From positions 74,834,001 to 74,898,000 of the forward strand of contig NC_059434.1 in NCBI RefSeq assembly GCF_021028975.2: a DNA stretch of 64,000 nt. The letters run 5' to 3'. The position numbers and the translations under genes are program-made. Positions 60,002 through 64,000 of the stretch are shown here, one piece after another (position 1 is the stretch's first letter; each line of letters begins with the position of its first letter). The DNA comes from Sphaerodactylus townsendi (Eukaryota). The notes beneath the pieces are model-generated. The model did no database searches and was not told the DNA's origin. It saw only the letters and a list, made by a program, of their open reading frames with translations.

Positions 60002-62585
60002 CTGTCACAGAGAACAAAAACAGTCCTGGTCTATTTATCCTTCAGTATAGTTTTATATAAACCAATGTAAACCCAACACATATTCAGCACAATTAGTTTG
60101 GTAACTGGTTGGCATTTTTAGAAGAAGAGTTGGATTTATATCCCTCCTTTCTCTCTTGTAAGGAGACTCCAAGAGGCTTATATACTCCTTCCTCCCCGCC
60201 CACAGCAAACACCCTGTGAGGTAGGTGGAGTTGGAAGTGCTCCAAAGAATTGACTAGCCCAGATAAATCTCCACAGCTCAAGTGGCAGAGCAGCGAATCA
60301 AACCCGGTTCTCCAGATTAGAGTACACCTGCTCTTAACCACTACACCACCACACTGGCTCTCTAGGAGCCACTCCACACATTACAAACTGACAAACCCAG
60401 GTTTGGACCATAAGTGTATGCTTGTCAGAAAGCTGTGGGCAACCCCAGCAGCCTACTGAACGTTACCTGCATGATTGTCAGGACTCTAAGACCCTAGGGA
60501 TTCTGAACGTGAGATGCCAGAACTCATTTTTGGCCATAGGAAAGAAGATCAGCTTGATCAGCAAAGGAAGTTTCTTAATCCCAAGAGGCCAAAAAGACCA
60601 GATAATACTCTCTGATCCCTGTAGGAGCTTACAGGTCAGGCTTATTCACTAGTATGAGGGTACCGAGTGCTGTGTAAAGATCTTCTGAGGGCTAGTTCAA
60701 GACAGCCACCAATAAACTACTATGTACAGTCCAAATGGTGCATCCCAGACATTGTACAGTCCAAATGGTGCATCCCAGACGTTGCAGAACATGCTGAGTT
60801 GTGAACCATGGCTAAAGCAATGCTACTTCTGTGCCTGTGAAAATGCTGCCATCTCAAGATACGTTTGGATTGCTTTTCCACTTCAAGCCCTTCCTTAGGC
60901 CTGCCCCCTTTCAGGCCCCTTCCACACATGCAGAATAACATACTTTCAATCCACTTTCAGTGCACTTTGCAGCTGGATTTTACTGTGCAGAATAGCAACA
61001 TCCTCTTGCAAACAATTGTGAAAGTGGATTGAAAGTGCATTGTTCTGCATGTGAGGAAGGGGCCTCAGAGCAGTGGTGGGATCCAAAAATTTTAATAACA
61101 GGTTCCGATGGTGGTGGGATTCAAACAGTGGGGCTGCTGCACACACGCACCTCCAGTCCCCATTGGGCAGGAAGGTTACTTTAGTAACCCCTTCTCGGCA
61201 CTCAGAAAAAATTAGTAACCACTTCTAGAGAAGTGGTGAGAACTGGTTGGATCCCACCTCTACCTCAGAGTATCAACTCAGCTCATACACCTGTACATTT
61301 TCTCCTGAAGACTTGAAATTTACCGATGCTGAAGGTTAAAGAAGAAAAGTGCCAAAGCAGGACTATGATTGGATATCAAGAAGGCAAAACTAATGGCTAT
61401 TGGGGCAAAACTCAACTTTAAGGTTGAAAATGAAGAAATTGAAATTGCTCAAGATTTTCTGTTCCTTGGCTCCATTATCAACCATAAAGGAGACTGCAAC
61501 CAGAAATCAGAATTAGATTGTGACTAGGGAGGGCAGCCATGAAGGAGCTAGAAAAGTTTATTAGATAGCAGGATATATCACTGGCAACCAAGATCAAGAC
61601 AGCCAGTGTGGTGTAGTGGTTAAGAGCGGTGGACTCTAATCTGGAGAACTGGGTTTGACTCCCCACTCCTTCACATGAGCTGCGGACTTTTATCTGGCGA
61701 ACTGGATTTGTTTCCCCGCTCCTCCACCCTGCTGGGTGACCTTGGGCCAGTCACAGTTCTTCGGAACTCTCTCAGCCCCACTTACCTTACAAGGTGTCTG
61801 TTGTGGGGAGAGGGAGGGAAAGGAGCATGTAAGCCACCTTGAGTCTCCTTACAGGAGAGAAAGGTGCGGTACAAATCCTCCTCCTCCTCCTCCTCCTCCT
61901 CCTCCTCCTCCTCCTCCTCCTCCTCCTCGTATCTGCTACTTCTATGTATGGGTATGAAAGTTGGAAAATGAAGAAAGCTGTCAGAAAGAAAGTAGATTCC
62001 TTTGAAATGTGGTGTTGGATAAGAATGGATACTCTGGACCGCCAAAAGACAAATCAGTAGGCTATAGATCAAATCAAGTCTCAAGTCTCCTTTGGTCACA
62101 TTATGAGAAGAGTCGATGAAAAATACAATAATGCTAGGACAAATTGAAGACAGCAGGAAAAGAGGAAGACCCAACATGAGAAAGATTGGTTCAATCAAAG
62201 AAAGCCTCAGTTTGCAAGTCCTGAGCAATTGATAGGACTTCTGGAAGTCACTGCAAGTTATATAGACTTGCCAATAATCAGAAGCAACTTGACAGCACTC
62301 GACACACAGCCTCTTTAACAAATCTTTAGCCCATAAATTCATAAAAGTGATGAACATATGCACTAAACTTTCCTCATAATGCAAGGAGTTAGTTTCTGTT
62401 GCTAGAGATTATGTAATACATCAGATGTACTAAACATGCCTGAAGGTAGCAATAAGGACAAGTGCTGAAAGAGTCAAAACAGCAAGGACTGAAACACAGA
62501 TGCTTCACTGCCCAATTCTACCTATTTCACTGACTGCTTAATTCAGCTACATACACAAGCACTCTCGGTTTATGCTCATTGTTAC

Positions 62586-62769
62586 CTTTTCCAGTTGTTC
62601 CCAATTGTAATTGGTATGCCCAAGCAGAACTAGGCGGAGCTCAGTAGGAAGGAAGACTTTCCACTTTTTAGTTTGGCAGCCTCTTAAAAACCCATCCAGA
62701 AAATTCTTAAACTGCTCCTTGACGGAATCATTGAATACGTAATTCACGTAGGCATCAACGTATTCTTTT
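62586..62769 (-). CDS. Copy 2 equivalent of exon 22
   Basis: KEYVDAYVNYVFNDSVKEQFKNFLDGF...YNWEQLEK; intact. Confidence 0.93.
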
Positions 62770-63945
62770 CTGCAAATAAATTGATCAGGCATTTAATTTA
62801 TTTACTAGGTTTACTCATCTTTTTCTCTAGCAAAATATCTAACCTCAAAATAACGGCATGGATCCAACTAATGGTGGCACCTACGTTGCCATCAGAATAC
62901 TGAAGCAGCGCTTAGTAGCTTTAGCTCAAAGATAATTTAAGCCTCCTGTTAGAAAATCTTTCACCAAAGGCCCCTAATTGCCATTGAGTTTGAAAATATC
63001 AAGGTTCACCATCAAAGTTGTTAACATGGGCATTAATATTTGAGCTTGACTCATTGTTATCTTAGCAAAACACAAAGCCACAAGCTTGCATTGGCTGGGA
63101 TAATACATATGCTGGGGTAAAAGAGTTTTTACTGGAGAGAATTGCTGCTACTACTTGCATTCACCATTTGCATATTCCCCTAGCCAGAGGCATATTGGGG
63201 GGGGGGGGATGGCACCCGGAGACAAATTGTCTTTGGCTGCCCCACCCCCCCCACTGCGCCTGGGGACAATGTGGGGCTTTGTACCCTGCCCCCCAACTGC
63301 CGCCCCCCCAGCCCTGCCCCCTGGTTCTTGGCCCCCCCTCTGGGGAAACCAGAAGCAACTGCCATCCCCCCAAGTGCTGCTTTTATAAGCACTGGCAACA
63401 CCTCCCCAAGGCGCACCCCCGTCCTCGGTGCTTTTAAAAGCAGCTCTCGGAAGACAGGGGCCGGCAGTCGCTTCTGCTTTCCCCAGGGGGAGGGCAGAAG
63501 GGACTGCCGGCTGGGAGCTTCTGCTCTCCCGGGGAAGGGCAGCAGCCAGGCTTCCTTGGCCCTGCCCATGTCGATGACGACTTGAGTGTGGTCAAGGTGC
63601 CCAAAGATGATGAGGCAGCAAGACTTCCTGCTGCCTTGCCGTCTTCCTGATCACGATTTTGTGCCCCCCACGTGACCAGATTAGTGGCGCCCGGGAACAG
63701 AGGATACTCCTCGTCCCTAGGTAAATAAGCCACTGCCCCTAGCGCTTTCTTCACAAGTCCCTTCCTGCTTCAGAATCTGATCTGAAGAGATGGGGTGGAT
63801 GACCAGAAGGAGAGACCTTTGCAAGGGACTTCTGGGGAGAAGGATTAAACACATGCCTCCCCTGCAAATTTCCCCTGCATCAGCATTAGGAACGTCTCTT
63901 TCCCCCAGATACAACAGTCATCTTAAAACAAATTGAAAACCTTGC

Positions 63946-64000
63946 CTGTTGTACTTGGTGACAGCAATGTTCGCACCATTTTTTTTCAATTCCACAGAAA
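63946..64000 (-). CDS. Copy 2 equivalent of exon 21 (partial, runs off the window)
   Basis: SVELKKNGANIAVTKYNR; same GC donor. Confidence 0.88.

Noticed and set aside
61782-62384. 200-aa ORF with a poly-Glu tract (NAP1L5-like acidic stretch)
   Set aside because: The poly-E comes from the (CCT)n tail of a SINE inside an antisense RTE fragment.

Overview
Vertebrate genomic DNA from a squamate, most likely a gecko, judging by its SINE, CR1 and MITE content. It carries a tandem HERC E3-ligase locus. (1) A 24-exon HERC5-like gene (copy 1) lies on the minus strand: ATG 53268, stop 17674, about 1008 aa, with an RCC1-like domain, spacer and HECT domain. All splice phases are compatible, but exon 10 (39611-39670) carries indels and an in-frame TGA, and a cluster of ISRE/IRF motifs sits upstream of exon 1. 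(2) The bicistronic PYURF-PIGY unit (+ strand, 27331-31106) is nested antisense inside intron 17 of that gene. (3) The last four HECT exons of a second, head-to-tail paralog (copy 2) occupy 58006-64000. (4) A CpG-rich promoter near 8.4-8.8 kb is probably the 5' end of the next minus-strand gene (HERC3 by synteny, inferred). Most striking signals: the paralogs differ by 11 amino acids versus 2 silent changes in the catalytic-Cys exon, while neighbouring exons show about 1:1; the gene joins a HERC5-type N-terminus to a HERC3/4-type spacer and HECT; an orphan bidirectional promoter lies in intron 9; and a 400-bp block downstream of the stop codon is inverted between paralogs. Family assignments rest on recalled human protein sequences, not on database searches.
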